Below the pieces are notes generated by a model. It saw only the letters and a list, made by a program, of their open reading frames with translations. It did no database searches and had not been told where the DNA came from. Below, one piece after another: positions 16,899-26,279 of a DNA stretch of 31,634 nt. This stretch comes from a virus. The number at the start of each line of letters is the position of its first letter. Positions within the stretch are counted from its first letter, which is position 1. Where the stretch lies: IMG/VR virus record IMGVR_UViG_3300029915_000104; one strand, written 5' to 3'. Position numbers and translations under genes: made by a program.

Positions 16899-19800
16899 TT
16901 AATTTGCGATCCGCAGGTTGGTCGCGGTGTTGGACGCGATCAGAACGATATCTGCGACCTGTGCCACGCTGATGAAAATCTCGTTGGCTTGGCACGGTAT
17001 CTCGAACCCGTCCCCGAATGCGCCATTCGCGATCACTGGCACGATGACGACAGACAGGATTTGCCCGACCAGTTGCTGATGGATATACGCGGCCAATTCG
17101 GTAAAGTAGAACGTTTCGCCGAAATCCCAGTTGCTGACGGCAAAGAACACATTGATTGCGGCAAGGATGCTGCTCTGGATTTCGCCATCGCTGACTGCCG
17201 AATTGGTCGCCCGGACGACTTTGAATTTGGCTTGCAGGGCCGGATCGGCAGCGGCACCGAACAGGAATTGATATTGCACGGGCCGCCACACGATCGTGTC
17301 GGAGAACATCTTGAAATCTTCCAACCCGGAAAACGCCAGACTGAGGTCCAGTTCGGTTGGCGGATAGGGTTGCTGGGCGGCAATCGCGCCCGCTGTGATC
17401 CATTGCCGCACCGCACTGTCATACGAGTAGGTCAGGCAAAAAATATCGACGATATTGGTGCTGGCCGGATCGATCCGATGATCACTCGGGGCGTAATGTT
17501 GCCAATGAAAGAATAACGCATCGCCACTGGGCGTGGCGCTGGCCGAGGCGCTGATCCAATTGGCCGCGACATTCGGACCGCGTCCGATGGCGAAGCGATA
17601 GCTGCTCGTGGTGTCCTGCGTCCAGCCGGTGAGTTGATACACCCAAAAGGTTTCATTCGCTAATGGGGTGACCGAAGAGACGACCTGAAAGCCGACCGTG
17701 CCGAGCGGCGGGGTATCCGCTTGCAGCAAACCATCATTGTCATACCCGTTCACTGTGTAATATGGTTGGTCATACGGAGGCACTGCTGTGTTGCTCCAGA
17801 ACAAATAGTTTGTCGCCGGGCTGCCGGAGATGAGGTTGTAAAACGTGTCGGGCCGATCCGGCACGCCATCACCGTTACTATCAGCAAACAAGACCGTGGT
17901 GCGCCGGGGTTCGGCCGTGCCATCCGGATAGGTCCAGAGCCGATCGATGGTGAGGCCGTAATCGATTCCCAACGCATAGCCCCTCGGGTCGTTCAGATTG
18001 GGATTGATCCGCAGCACGCTGAGATTATCGGCCGTGGCTTCGCCCGTGGTCTGCGCCAGGGTGCGCACGCCATTGTCGTACCATTCGACCGCGCCGAGGC
18101 TTTCGAACACATAGCGCAGGCCGCGCGTATTGATCCGCCACACGCCGCCGACAATGTTAACCAGCCCGATCAGCACCGTGGTCCCATTCGGCCCGCCCAG
18201 CGTCGCCTGAGGCGCGCCAAAACTGTTCTGCGCCGTGCCCAGAACCCAAAGCCCGGTGGCATAATCGTAGAGCAGCGAGAAGGACAGCCGCAGATCGAGA
18301 TAGCCCGAGAGCATATTGACCGACAACCCGCTCGGGGTGTTCAGGGTCGATGGCACCGTGGTAACCACCTGGGGCAGCACAGCGAGCAGGATCGCCCCGC
18401 TTGGCAGGCTTTGCGACAGCGTCACTGGCCCTGCCGTATTGACCACCAAGGGGGTATCGATCGCATTGCCGAGGCTGACCACCGAAACCCAAACCAGGGT
18501 GCTGTTGACACTGAACTGTAACAGCGCCCCGACCTGGATCAACCCGGCCGCAGCGGGCAGGCTGGGGAGGGCGACGCGGCCCCGATTGGCATCATGGATG
18601 AACGTCCCGCTGGTGTTGAATAATGCGGCACTGGACGGCGCCCAGGTAAAGGGCGCACCGGCCTGATCGAGCGGCGCCCGGATGGTGTTGTTCCGGACAT
18701 TCTGCAGCAGCACGTCGCGGATCAAATTCGCTGTGGTATACTGATTGATCGCAGGCACGATATAATCATTGAAGATTTGTAATGAGGTGCGATTGAGCGT
18801 AGTGGGCACTTCGAAATAGGTATTCGCCGGATCGCTGAAGAACAGGCCATCCTCGCCGAAGATCGACAGGTCCTGATAGGTGCCGGTCGGATCATGCAGA
18901 TCGATGTAGCGCGATTGGCCACTATAGACTCGGTTGACGGCGTTGATCTTGACCGCCAGATTGGAGGACAACGGAAAGGTATTGTAGTCCTGACCGGACA
19001 CCATCCGGTTCTGCGTACCATAGACCTGGGGGGCGCGCTGGCGGATTTGCTCGATCGTTTCGGCTGCACTGGCATTCGCCACGGTCTCCAGCAGCGAAAA
19101 CGTCAGATACACCAGCTTGGGCGATCCGGCGGTGTTGAAATATTGGATCGGCAGTGTGATGTTGCTGATTTCGCTCGGCTGGATTTGGTAGGTCAGACCG
19201 TTGGACACCCGGTAGGTCACCGCAATATTGCCGACCGGGGCGAGACCGAAACTGCCATCCGAGAACCGGAGGGTGACCTGATCGTTATCGCGGGTCAGCA
19301 CCGAGTAGATTGTGCGTACGGTATTGGCGAGATTGTTATAGGTGATATTATTGTTGAAGATCGCCGGGACTTTGGTCCAATCGATTTGCACGGCGCCATT
19401 GTCATCGACGGTATCCACCCAGATATCGTTATTATTGACGTTGCTTACCCCCAGATCGAGCAACTGGTTCTGCACCGGGGTGGCGATCTGGAACACCTGT
19501 TGGGCGGTGTTCCCTTGTTTGAACAGCAGGAAGAAACCGGTGCGCGTGCTGGCATAACCATTACTGTCGTTCAAATAATACAGTTGCAGGGCATTGGCTG
19601 GATTGGGATCGCGTTCGAACAGAGTGCCATTGTCGCTGAAATCGCCATTGCAAATCTCGAACGCCATCACGGTGCCGCTGACCGTGGCGCTGAAACTCAG
19701 GCTGGAGGCGGAAGCCAAACCGTTGATCCGGTACAGGTCGGTGCTCACATTCGCCACCGTGCCGGAGGCTAACGGCAGGCCGAACGGATTGGTTTGGATG

Positions 19801-20285
19801 AACGCGGCGTTCATGACCAGGGTGAATTGTTCTTGCCAGTTGATATTATTCGGGTCATTCCAGACCACCGCCTGATTGGCGAGATCGTTACCAAGACTGT
19901 CGTACACATCATCACTGGTCGTTACCTGGGTGAGTTTCAGCACGCCAGTGGCGGGTTGACAGCGGCTCGGATTGTATGACAGGAAACGCGCCAGTCGCAG
20001 GATGCTTTCGCGCGATTCGGCGGTGTCGATGAAGTTTTCACGCGCCGCGATATCGGTCTTGAAGGCCAATGTTCCCGCCAGCCAGGAAAGAAGATCGGTT
20101 ATCGCGACAAATTCCGAGGAGATGATCCAATCATTGAAGTTCTCGGGATAATTGACGAGGATGTAATTCCTAAGAGCTTGATTGATGCTTACCGGGTCGG
20201 TGGCGTTGAAATTGATCTGGGTGAAACCCTGATAGATCGAAGTCCATTCGTCTCCTGCGAGGAGGTCTGTTTGCCGCGAACTCAC
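16899..20285 (-). CDS. Baseplate J-like (T4 gp6 / P2 gpJ family) baseplate wedge protein, 1128 aa
   Basis: GTG start at 20285 with AGGA 8 nt upstream. The N-terminal region ...TAESRESILRLARFLSYNPSRCQPATGVLKL fits the Baseplate_J signature of the form ...LA...G..R..A..A.G.v.f. It follows the gp25-like gene directly, with an 11-nt gap. Confidence 0.7.
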   Translation of the reverse strand: MSSRQTDLLAGDEWTSIYQGFTQINFNATDPVSINQALRNYILVNYPENFNDWIISSEFVAITDLLSWLAGTLAFKTDIAARENFIDTAESRESILRLARFLSYNPSRCQPATGVLKLTQVTTSDDVYDSLGNDLANQAVVWNDPNNINWQEQFTLVMNAAFIQTNPFGLPLASGTVANVSTDLYRINGLASASSLSFSATVSGTVMAFEICNGDFSDNGTLFERDPNPANALQLYYLNDSNGYASTRTGFFLLFKQGNTAQQVFQIATPVQNQLLDLGVSNVNNNDIWVDTVDDNGAVQIDWTKVPAIFNNNITYNNLANTVRTIYSVLTRDNDQVTLRFSDGSFGLAPVGNIAVTYRVSNGLTYQIQPSEISNITLPIQYFNTAGSPKLVYLTFSLLETVANASAAETIEQIRQRAPQVYGTQNRMVSGQDYNTFPLSSNLAVKINAVNRVYSGQSRYIDLHDPTGTYQDLSIFGEDGLFFSDPANTYFEVPTTLNRTSLQIFNDYIVPAINQYTTANLIRDVLLQNVRNNTIRAPLDQAGAPFTWAPSSAALFNTSGTFIHDANRGRVALPSLPAAAGLIQVGALLQFSVNSTLVWVSVVSLGNAIDTPLVVNTAGPVTLSQSLPSGAILLAVLPQVVTTVPSTLNTPSGLSVNMLSGYLDLRLSFSLLYDYATGLWVLGTAQNSFGAPQATLGGPNGTTVLIGLVNIVGGVWRINTRGLRYVFESLGAVEWYDNGVRTLAQTTGEATADNLSVLRINPNLNDPRGYALGIDYGLTIDRLWTYPDGTAEPRRTTVLFADSNGDGVPDRPDTFYNLISGSPATNYLFWSNTAVPPYDQPYYTVNGYDNDGLLQADTPPLGTVGFQVVSSVTPLANETFWVYQLTGWTQDTTSSYRFAIGRGPNVAANWISASASATPSGDALFFHWQHYAPSDHRIDPASTNIVDIFCLTYSYDSAVRQWITAGAIAAQQPYPPTELDLSLAFSGLEDFKMFSDTIVWRPVQYQFLFGAAADPALQAKFKVVRATNSAVSDGEIQSSILAAINVFFAVSNWDFGETFYFTELAAYIHQQLVGQILSVVIVPVIANGAFGDGFEIPCQANEIFISVAQVADIVLIASNTATNLRIAN

Positions 20286-20296
20286 TGGAATGGTCC

Positions 20297-20719
20297 TTAT
20301 GACTGATTGAAATAGGTGGTTTCAGAGAGTTCAAAATTGGCGCTGAATGTGGCGATCACGTTCCAAGGCAGATACAAAAGCGTGGCTTCGATGCGAAACC
20401 CTTTGTCGATTTGCAGCGGAGTGATCGTCTGGGGCACCACGCGGGCATCGAGGTTGCAGATGCGGGTGGCTTCGGCTATGATCGCACCGGCCAGGATCGG
20501 CGTCATCGGCTCAAACAACATATCCCACAGTTTGCAGCCGTAGTCGGGCCGCATAACCCGCTCGCCCACCCGTGTATTGAATGATGTCATCAGATCAATA
20601 TTGATCAGATCAATGTCATAGAGCGAACGCACGCCGGTGATATTCGAATACAGCGTGCTATAGCCGAGGAAATACCGTGTAAGCTGACTGGAACTGTTTG
20701 ATTGGGTAATGACGGCCAT
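20297..20719 (-). CDS. gp25/GPW-family baseplate wedge protein (lysozyme-like fold), 140 aa
   Basis: ATG at 20719 with GGTGGA upstream. RVGERVMRPDYGCKLWDMLFEP matches the GPW_gp25 consensus of the form GERVMRPDFGCGLWDLLFEP. Confidence 0.8.
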   Translation of the reverse strand: MAVITQSNSSSQLTRYFLGYSTLYSNITGVRSLYDIDLINIDLMTSFNTRVGERVMRPDYGCKLWDMLFEPMTPILAGAIIAEATRICNLDARVVPQTITPLQIDKGFRIEATLLYLPWNVIATFSANFELSETTYFNQS

Positions 20720-20736
20720 GTTTCCACCTAGATGGA

Positions 20737-20745
20737 ATATTTAGC
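20737..20745 (-). promoter_or_regulatory. Late-promoter-like motif GCTAAATAT (minus-strand reading), 17 nt upstream of the gp25-like ATG
   Basis: Plus strand atatttagc at 20737-20745. One of several (C)CTAAATAT copies placed just upstream of minus-strand gene starts. It resembles T4 late TATAAATA. Confidence 0.35.
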
Positions 20746-20773
20746 GGCGGCTATAAACCCTCCGGTTAATCAC

Positions 20774-21556
20774 CTAGTGGAATTCCGGCGATTCTTCGTC
20801 TTGTTTGGCGATGTCTTGGATCGCCTCCATATCGGGCCACGTGGTTTGCACCAGCCGATAGAATTTATAGAACCGACGCGTAAACTTGCGTTGGTAGACG
20901 GTGTTAAGACTGTGCAGCCACGCGCTTTCGAACCAGATGTCATAGACCCGGCGAAATTGGCTATAACTAATGGTCTTGAAACGATCGGGTGGCTTCTTGG
21001 CCATCGCTAGGAGAGCGAGTTTGTAGATAATTGTGTGCAGGCCTTGTTGATAATAGCCATTGAATTCGATCGGGCTGTTATAATACGCGGCCCGATCGGC
21101 AACTGGCGGTTTGCCGGATTTGGCGACATTGGCTTTGTGTTGGGTATAGCCGCGTCGATAATCCATCACATGGGTAAACTCATGGGTGAACTGTGCCCAG
21201 TCGAGTTTGTAGCCGAGGTCGATTTGGTCGCGCGGATCGTCTTTCAGCATCATCACCAAAAGCATGTGTTGCCGTCCGGCCATGGTGGCGGTCGTGACAT
21301 AGGCATCACTGGTGGATTTTGGGTTCCAGCCGAGGCCGATATAGAGGTCCTGATAGGGGATGCCGACTTCGGTGGCGCGGAGCAGCCACAGTTCATCGCC
21401 TTTGGCCGTCCGGACATTAAAGAGGCCCATGTCTTTGAGCGGCGTCTTGGCATTGGCTTGGTAGAGCCATTGCGAGAACTTATGCGAGGCGCGTTGTGCA
21501 TAGCGCAGTTTGCGCAGGTCAATCTCAGGCGTCTCGAAGAGTTCCGTCGCATGCAT
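20774..21556 (-). CDS. HExxH zincin-like putative metallopeptidase (260 aa). First gene of the wedge/fiber operon.
   Basis: ATG at 21556 (MHATELFE...); the ORF track begins at a TTG at 21628. FTHEFTHVMDY contains the HEFTH motif, and a possible third ligand lies in NSPIEFNGYY about 40 aa downstream. No family was assigned. Confidence 0.55.
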   Translation of the reverse strand: MHATELFETPEIDLRKLRYAQRASHKFSQWLYQANAKTPLKDMGLFNVRTAKGDELWLLRATEVGIPYQDLYIGLGWNPKSTSDAYVTTATMAGRQHMLLVMMLKDDPRDQIDLGYKLDWAQFTHEFTHVMDYRRGYTQHKANVAKSGKPPVADRAAYYNSPIEFNGYYQQGLHTIIYKLALLAMAKKPPDRFKTISYSQFRRVYDIWFESAWLHSLNTVYQRKFTRRFYKFYRLVQTTWPDMEAIQDIAKQDEESPEFH

Positions 21557-21560
21557 AACG

Positions 21561-21569
21561 ATATTTAGG
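21561..21569 (-). promoter_or_regulatory. Late-promoter-like motif CCTAAATAT (minus-strand reading), 4 nt upstream of the HExxH gene ATG
   Basis: Plus strand atatttagg at 21561-21569. Its position implies a leaderless or very short leader transcript, or a downstream true start. Confidence 0.3.
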
Positions 21570-21713
21570 TTCCTAGCGGTGAAGTGTCGCCGTTTCGTTG
21601 GACCCGAGAATTCTGTGAAACCGAGCAAAAAACCTGTTGACGGGGGCGATCGAGGTTTCTAGAAGATGCGCCACGGCAGCCCGGCTGCTGGTCCTTGGAA
21701 AACAGGTGTTGAG

Positions 21714-22337
21714 ATGAAGGTAACCGTGAGGCGGGCTGACCGCTATGTTCGTGCAGCCATTGACGCAGCGAAGAAGTTTTCTCTCAAAGCGGCCGAGTCG
21801 ATTTCCATCCATGACGCGTTGCTGCGCGGTGATAATGACGGCAGGCCGCCTAGTGCGTTGCTTGATCGTATCAATAAACTGGCGCGGGAGAACACCGACG
21901 CGTTGCAGACGGCGGTCGGTTTGATCGAAACCGCTTACGCGATCCGCCAGCAGATTGCCGAGGCGAATCTGCACCATGGGATTTCGGCCATCCTGACTCG
22001 CGAGCAAGAAATGAAGCTCAAGGAGACCATTCTGACCGCGATGTTGGGTCAACTTGCCGATACAGGCGAGGAAGCCGAAACGGCGATCACCAAGGCGACC
22101 CATGTGCGGACGAACCCGCCGACCAGTCGGGACCTGTACGGCGAGGTGCGGGATCGGATTTCGGTGATGGTGCCGCATGCGGACTTGCGCACTGACATTG
22201 AGACCCATCTGCGCAAGCTCAAGAGCGATCAAGTGGCAGCGAATGAACGGCGCAACTTCTTGAATGTGACTGTGCATATCGAACTCGACTCGAAGGCGGT
22301 TGACACCTTGCGTATGGCGCACATCATCGAGTCATAG
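21714..22337 (+). CDS. Hypothetical alpha-helical protein of 207 aa. It is the only plus-strand gene inside the structural region.
   Basis: ATG at 21714 (MKVTVRRADRY...) preceded by GGTGTTGAG. The ORF track starts at 21666. No recognisable motifs. Confidence 0.5.
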   Translation: MKVTVRRADRYVRAAIDAAKKFSLKAAESISIHDALLRGDNDGRPPSALLDRINKLARENTDALQTAVGLIETAYAIRQQIAEANLHHGISAILTREQEMKLKETILTAMLGQLADTGEEAETAITKATHVRTNPPTSRDLYGEVRDRISVMVPHADLRTDIETHLRKLKSDQVAANERRNFLNVTVHIELDSKAVDTLRMAHIIES

Positions 22338-22587
22338 AGCTAACCCGAGAGCTTCGGCTTTCCGGGTTGGGGCGAAGCGGGAGATTGTCGAATCGGAACA
22401 ATTTGGCTCACGCCATGTCCTTAAAAGACACCATAATGGGAATACGATCTTTGCTGTCCATTCCATGTTCCATTGGGACCACTGGTTGTCCTGGGCCACC
22501 ACGATCGTTGTTCGTTGCTGGTTGTATTTGCTGGATGCTGGTTGCTCGTTCCAGATTTGCGTCTCTCGCTTTCGTTCCCCCACAGTG

Positions 22588-23016
22588 TCAGCTTGAGCGG
22601 ACCGCAACATTGGGTAGCGGGAGCGAGACCACGGGTGCTGCGATACTGATCTGACAGTTGGACAGGCGAGCGGCGGCAGCCTCGATTGCCGCCATCAGAT
22701 TCTCAAGGGCGGCAATCAGCTTGATCATTTGTTTGATATAGTTCAAGTTGACGGTGATTGATGGCGCCACGAAATTGGTGATCCATTTGATACATCCGCC
22801 CAGACTGGTTGGTATGGTGATCAGAATATTCAACACGGCGATCTGCGATTCCATCGCCTCGATCTCGGTTTGGATTTCGGCCATCGCTTCATCGACGATG
22901 GCCTGGATCGCCGCGCATGGATTGATCGCATCGACATCATCCGCAATGCCATTGATCTGATCGGTAATATTGGCTAGGTACGCCGGATTGAAAACGGCCG
23001 CGCCTTGTGGCTGCAT
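22588..23016 (-). CDS. Hypothetical 142-aa protein, helical and rich in Ala, Ile and Glu, located downstream of the spike gene
   Basis: ATG at 23016, 9 nt after the stop of the 57-aa gene. Sequence MQPQGAAVFNPAYLANITDQINGIADD... Confidence 0.45.
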   Translation of the reverse strand: MQPQGAAVFNPAYLANITDQINGIADDVDAINPCAAIQAIVDEAMAEIQTEIEAMESQIAVLNILITIPTSLGGCIKWITNFVAPSITVNLNYIKQMIKLIAALENLMAAIEAAAARLSNCQISIAAPVVSLPLPNVAVRSS

Positions 23017-23025
23017 GATGAACTC

Positions 23026-23199
23026 TCAAAAAATGTTGGTGATGATGCCGTTCTGCACGGTGACGATTTGCCCGGTCAGTGTGCTGAATGAGCCGCTTGC
23101 GCCGACGCCGACTTGCAACACATTATCGATTTTGACCACGGTGCCGCCGATCTCGGAATAACTGTTATTAACCGGGGGTGTTGGGGTTGTGCCGCTCAT
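23026..23199 (-). CDS. Small 57-aa beta-rich protein immediately after the spike gene. Possible spike-tip or accessory protein; no PAAR motif is seen.
   Basis: ATG at 23199 with GGAGAA 5 nt upstream. Sequence MSGTTPTPPVNNSYSEIGGTVVKIDNVLQVGVGASGSFSTLTGQIVTVQNGIITNIF. The ORF-track N-terminal extension overlaps the spike gene in another frame and is rejected. Confidence 0.4.
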   Translation of the reverse strand: MSGTTPTPPVNNSYSEIGGTVVKIDNVLQVGVGASGSFSTLTGQIVTVQNGIITNIF

Positions 23200-23221
23200 G
23201 ATCTTCTCCGTTATATCGTGT

Positions 23222-23229
23222 CTATTTAG
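23222..23229 (-). promoter_or_regulatory. Late-promoter-like variant CTAAATAG (minus-strand reading), overlapping the spike stop codon and 23 nt upstream of the 57-aa gene
   Basis: Plus strand ctatttag at 23222-23229. Confidence 0.2.
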
Positions 23230-26200
23230 ATCGTCATCGCCGCATAGGTGACGTTTGGCAGGTCTTGCGCGGTCCAGGCATAATTGACCGATTCGAACGC
23301 GCCCGCCCGCGATCCCAATGATCCCCAGTATGCGGTCGGGAATTGGCCGCGAACCAAGGGTCCGGCCACTACCACCACAACATGGCCGTGGATATCGGGC
23401 TGGGCTTGCTGACTGCCATTGAGACCGGCCACAACCAACTGCCCGGCTTGCGCGCTCGCTGCCGCTGCGACCCCGTTGCTGAGCGGACTCCACTGGCCGC
23501 CAGCTTTCAGCGCTGCGGTAATCGCATTGGCATTGCCTGTGATGGTGACCCCTAGAAGACTGCCCACGGCCTGAACAAACCCACTGCAATTGCCGGTATG
23601 GGCCGGGTAGGCTTGGATACAGGCGGCTTGGACGCGATTGGATGCCTGTGGATTGGACCCCAAGTTCACAGCAGCGTAGAGCCGGGCGTTATCTGGACTG
23701 GCGATATCAAAGGGAATGATGCGTTCCCCGGCGGGTTGACCGGGTGCTTGGCTGTAAACTTGTATTCCGGCTATGCCGGTATAGTTCGGATTGCCGATTT
23801 GCACGATGCCAAGATAAATGGCGGCATGATCGCGATAGGTGCCATTGTCGTTAAAGATGGCAATCGGCTGATTGGCCGCCCAGGTGGTGTAATCGGCATT
23901 GCCTTTTTTCCATTGCGTTGGATTTGACAAGTTGGAGAGCAGGGAGGCGGGTGATGAGGTCGGCCCGACGAAGCCATTCGCGTTGGGTTTGAGGGCCGCC
24001 AGACCGCCAGGGGTCTGGTCGCACTCGCCGCTCCCGCCAACTGGCGCATTGATCACGGGGGGTGGCACGACCGCTGGGCGCCCCCCGCCCAGTGTCGCCG
24101 AGCTTGCTGGTTGGGTGGCCAGATTGACGGGCTGTGGTGCGGCCATGGCGGCAGCCGCGCTCGCAGTTGGATCGAGAGGGGTGGCTGGATTGCCTGTGGT
24201 GTTGCGATCACAGGGAGCAGGTAAACCATATTGACCGGAATAGGCTTTGGCTTTGGCATCGGCGATGGCGCTGAGACTGGCCACCACCTCGGCACAACTG
24301 CGGTTGCGAAAGATCGAAGGATTGGCGGCAGCGGCGGCCGGGAAGAGGCTTGCGGCACTATCGTTCGGCGTGTTTTGGGCTGCCGCGATCAGTTTCGGGC
24401 CGCCACTCGACCCGGCAAAATGCATAATGTAGAGTTGCCCCGGTGTCGGATTGTTGATGCCTTGTTTTTTCAGCAGCGCGGCATTGTCATTGATGAACTG
24501 ACCACCCATCAAGGCGTTACTTTGCGCCTCATTAATCTGGCTGAACCCGACGTTATATTGGTTACCGTATTTCGTCACCATGGCGCCCCAGGTGCCTTGG
24601 GTGAATTGATACAAACCAGTCGCGCTACTGGTTTTGGCGCCGATACCGGGCTGAAAGCTCGATTCCATATCGGCAAACGCCAACATTGTGGCGGGATCGG
24701 CATTGGTTTTCGTGCAGGCTTGCATGATCGCGTTGAAGACTTCGGTCGAAATCGGCTTGGTGCCTGCGGCTCCCGGACTACACCCGGTATCATTGAGCGT
24801 GCCATCAGCATTGACGTTCGATGACGAGCCTGCGCCAAACGTTCCGGTGGCATTGATTTCGGTGCAACTGGTGGGCGGCGGCGGAATGTCGCCATTGGGA
24901 TGATCGTGCCAGGGTTCATGCGTTGGCATCCGACTGACGATGGTGTTGATCTGGGCACCGGCTTTCCACAACGGAATCGTGTCATTAACGAAGCTTTGCT
25001 TGGCGTCGCCGTGCATCAGGCCGACTGGCAGGACCGGCGGGGTGATGGTGACCGGCGAATCGGGCATGGCGGGCGGGGCCGCCCCGGTCATGTCGAGAAC
25101 CGACGTGCCATCCCGCATTTGCTGACTTCCGGCCCGCTGAGACATCTGCAAACCGGATTGTAACCGCAGATTGCCCCCGGCCAGGACGTTCAGATCGGCG
25201 GCAACATTGACACTGCCTGCGCCGCCTGCCTGCATGATGAGATCGACCGCCGAGGTGACCTGAAAATCGGAGGCGGCGATATTCAGAATATTGCCTGCCG
25301 AGGTCAATTCGATATTGTTATTGGCATTCAAGTTGATTTTCGCGTTGGCCTGGAGTTGCACATCAGCACGCGCGGCGGCGGTGATATTGGCTCCGGCACG
25401 CATATGAATATTGCCGCCCGCATCGAGCAAGATGTCGCGATCAGCGCGAATATTCAGGTCCTTTTCGGCCCGCATACTGATCGAGTCAGCGGTATAGATA
25501 TCCACCCCGGTATCGGAAACTTCGATCCAACTGTTGCCGTTTTTGGAATTAATGTAGATGTAGCCTGAGGTTTCGTGAATCAACACCTGAGCGCCCGAGC
25601 GACTGCGCAGGCGGATGAATTCATTTGCGGTATTATCATCCACATGCATAGTATTGCCGCGTGGCGACAAAAAGCCGAACACCTGGGAGGGCGATTCACG
25701 CCGGGCTGAGGTGGAAGCCGAGCCCCGTTCGGTATCGCTGGTCAGACCCTCGATGGCGAGTCCATTGGCCAGCGGTTCAAAACGCGGGCGGCGCGGATTG
25801 GTCGTGTCGCCCACACTGGCTTTGTTATACTCAACCACCGGGGCGATTTTCAGTGGGGTACCTGGTTCGGTGGTGACATTGACCGCGATGCCCGGCACCA
25901 TCCAATTCATGTTTTGTTGATAGGTGCAGCCCAGCCAGTAGCCGCGCGACATATCGTTATTGGCGAAAAACACCACGACCTCGTTATTGAGATCGGGCGG
26001 CACCGCCCAGAAGCCATAGGATTGCTGCGATCCATCCATGGTGATGCTGGATTTGGACAGTTTGGTCGGATCGGTCGATCCGGCAAACGGACTGACATAA
26101 CTCACCGTGATCCAGGAGCCGGGATCAGTCGGATCGCCACCACCCAGTTCGGGAATATAGACCCCAAGCCGCCCCATGCATTGCGCGTCGGTGTTCTGTT

Positions 26201-26279
26201 TGACAAAACCGATATAGATCGCCATAGGCAACGATTGACTGGACGGCTGAAAGGCGTTGGGAACGCGAGAACCGATCAT
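23226..26279 (-). CDS. Baseplate central spike or cell-puncturing protein (T4 gp5-like), 1017 aa. It has an N-terminal OB-like domain, a lytic transglycosylase (SLT) domain and a C-terminal beta-helix.
   Basis: ATG at 26279 overlaps the upstream stop (ATGA coupling). The SLT motifs are ADMESSFQP for the catalytic Glu-Ser, GLYQFTQGTW, and LYIMHFAGSSGG. The beta-helix repeats read NIRADRDILLDAGGNIHMRAGANITAAARADVQLQANAKINLNANNNIELTSAGNILNIAASDFQV. The N-terminus AIYIGFVKQNTDAQCMGRLGVYIPELGGGDP is spike/VgrG-like. Confidence 0.8.
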   Translation of the reverse strand: MIGSRVPNAFQPSSQSLPMAIYIGFVKQNTDAQCMGRLGVYIPELGGGDPTDPGSWITVSYVSPFAGSTDPTKLSKSSITMDGSQQSYGFWAVPPDLNNEVVVFFANNDMSRGYWLGCTYQQNMNWMVPGIAVNVTTEPGTPLKIAPVVEYNKASVGDTTNPRRPRFEPLANGLAIEGLTSDTERGSASTSARRESPSQVFGFLSPRGNTMHVDDNTANEFIRLRSRSGAQVLIHETSGYIYINSKNGNSWIEVSDTGVDIYTADSISMRAEKDLNIRADRDILLDAGGNIHMRAGANITAAARADVQLQANAKINLNANNNIELTSAGNILNIAASDFQVTSAVDLIMQAGGAGSVNVAADLNVLAGGNLRLQSGLQMSQRAGSQQMRDGTSVLDMTGAAPPAMPDSPVTITPPVLPVGLMHGDAKQSFVNDTIPLWKAGAQINTIVSRMPTHEPWHDHPNGDIPPPPTSCTEINATGTFGAGSSSNVNADGTLNDTGCSPGAAGTKPISTEVFNAIMQACTKTNADPATMLAFADMESSFQPGIGAKTSSATGLYQFTQGTWGAMVTKYGNQYNVGFSQINEAQSNALMGGQFINDNAALLKKQGINNPTPGQLYIMHFAGSSGGPKLIAAAQNTPNDSAASLFPAAAAANPSIFRNRSCAEVVASLSAIADAKAKAYSGQYGLPAPCDRNTTGNPATPLDPTASAAAAMAAPQPVNLATQPASSATLGGGRPAVVPPPVINAPVGGSGECDQTPGGLAALKPNANGFVGPTSSPASLLSNLSNPTQWKKGNADYTTWAANQPIAIFNDNGTYRDHAAIYLGIVQIGNPNYTGIAGIQVYSQAPGQPAGERIIPFDIASPDNARLYAAVNLGSNPQASNRVQAACIQAYPAHTGNCSGFVQAVGSLLGVTITGNANAITAALKAGGQWSPLSNGVAAAASAQAGQLVVAGLNGSQQAQPDIHGHVVVVVAGPLVRGQFPTAYWGSLGSRAGAFESVNYAWTAQDLPNVTYAAMTI

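Noticed and set aside
6261-20285. Dozens of 60-290-aa ORFs on both strands inside the giant fiber and Baseplate-J genes
   Set aside because: These are shadow ORFs in alternative frames of long, high-GC coding sequence. None has an RBS or a plausible composition.
22343-22369. Hairpin AACCCG...CGGGTT as a bidirectional intrinsic terminator
   Set aside because: The stem is only 6 bp with a 15-nt loop and has no flanking T- or A-tract on either strand. It is kept only as a weak note.
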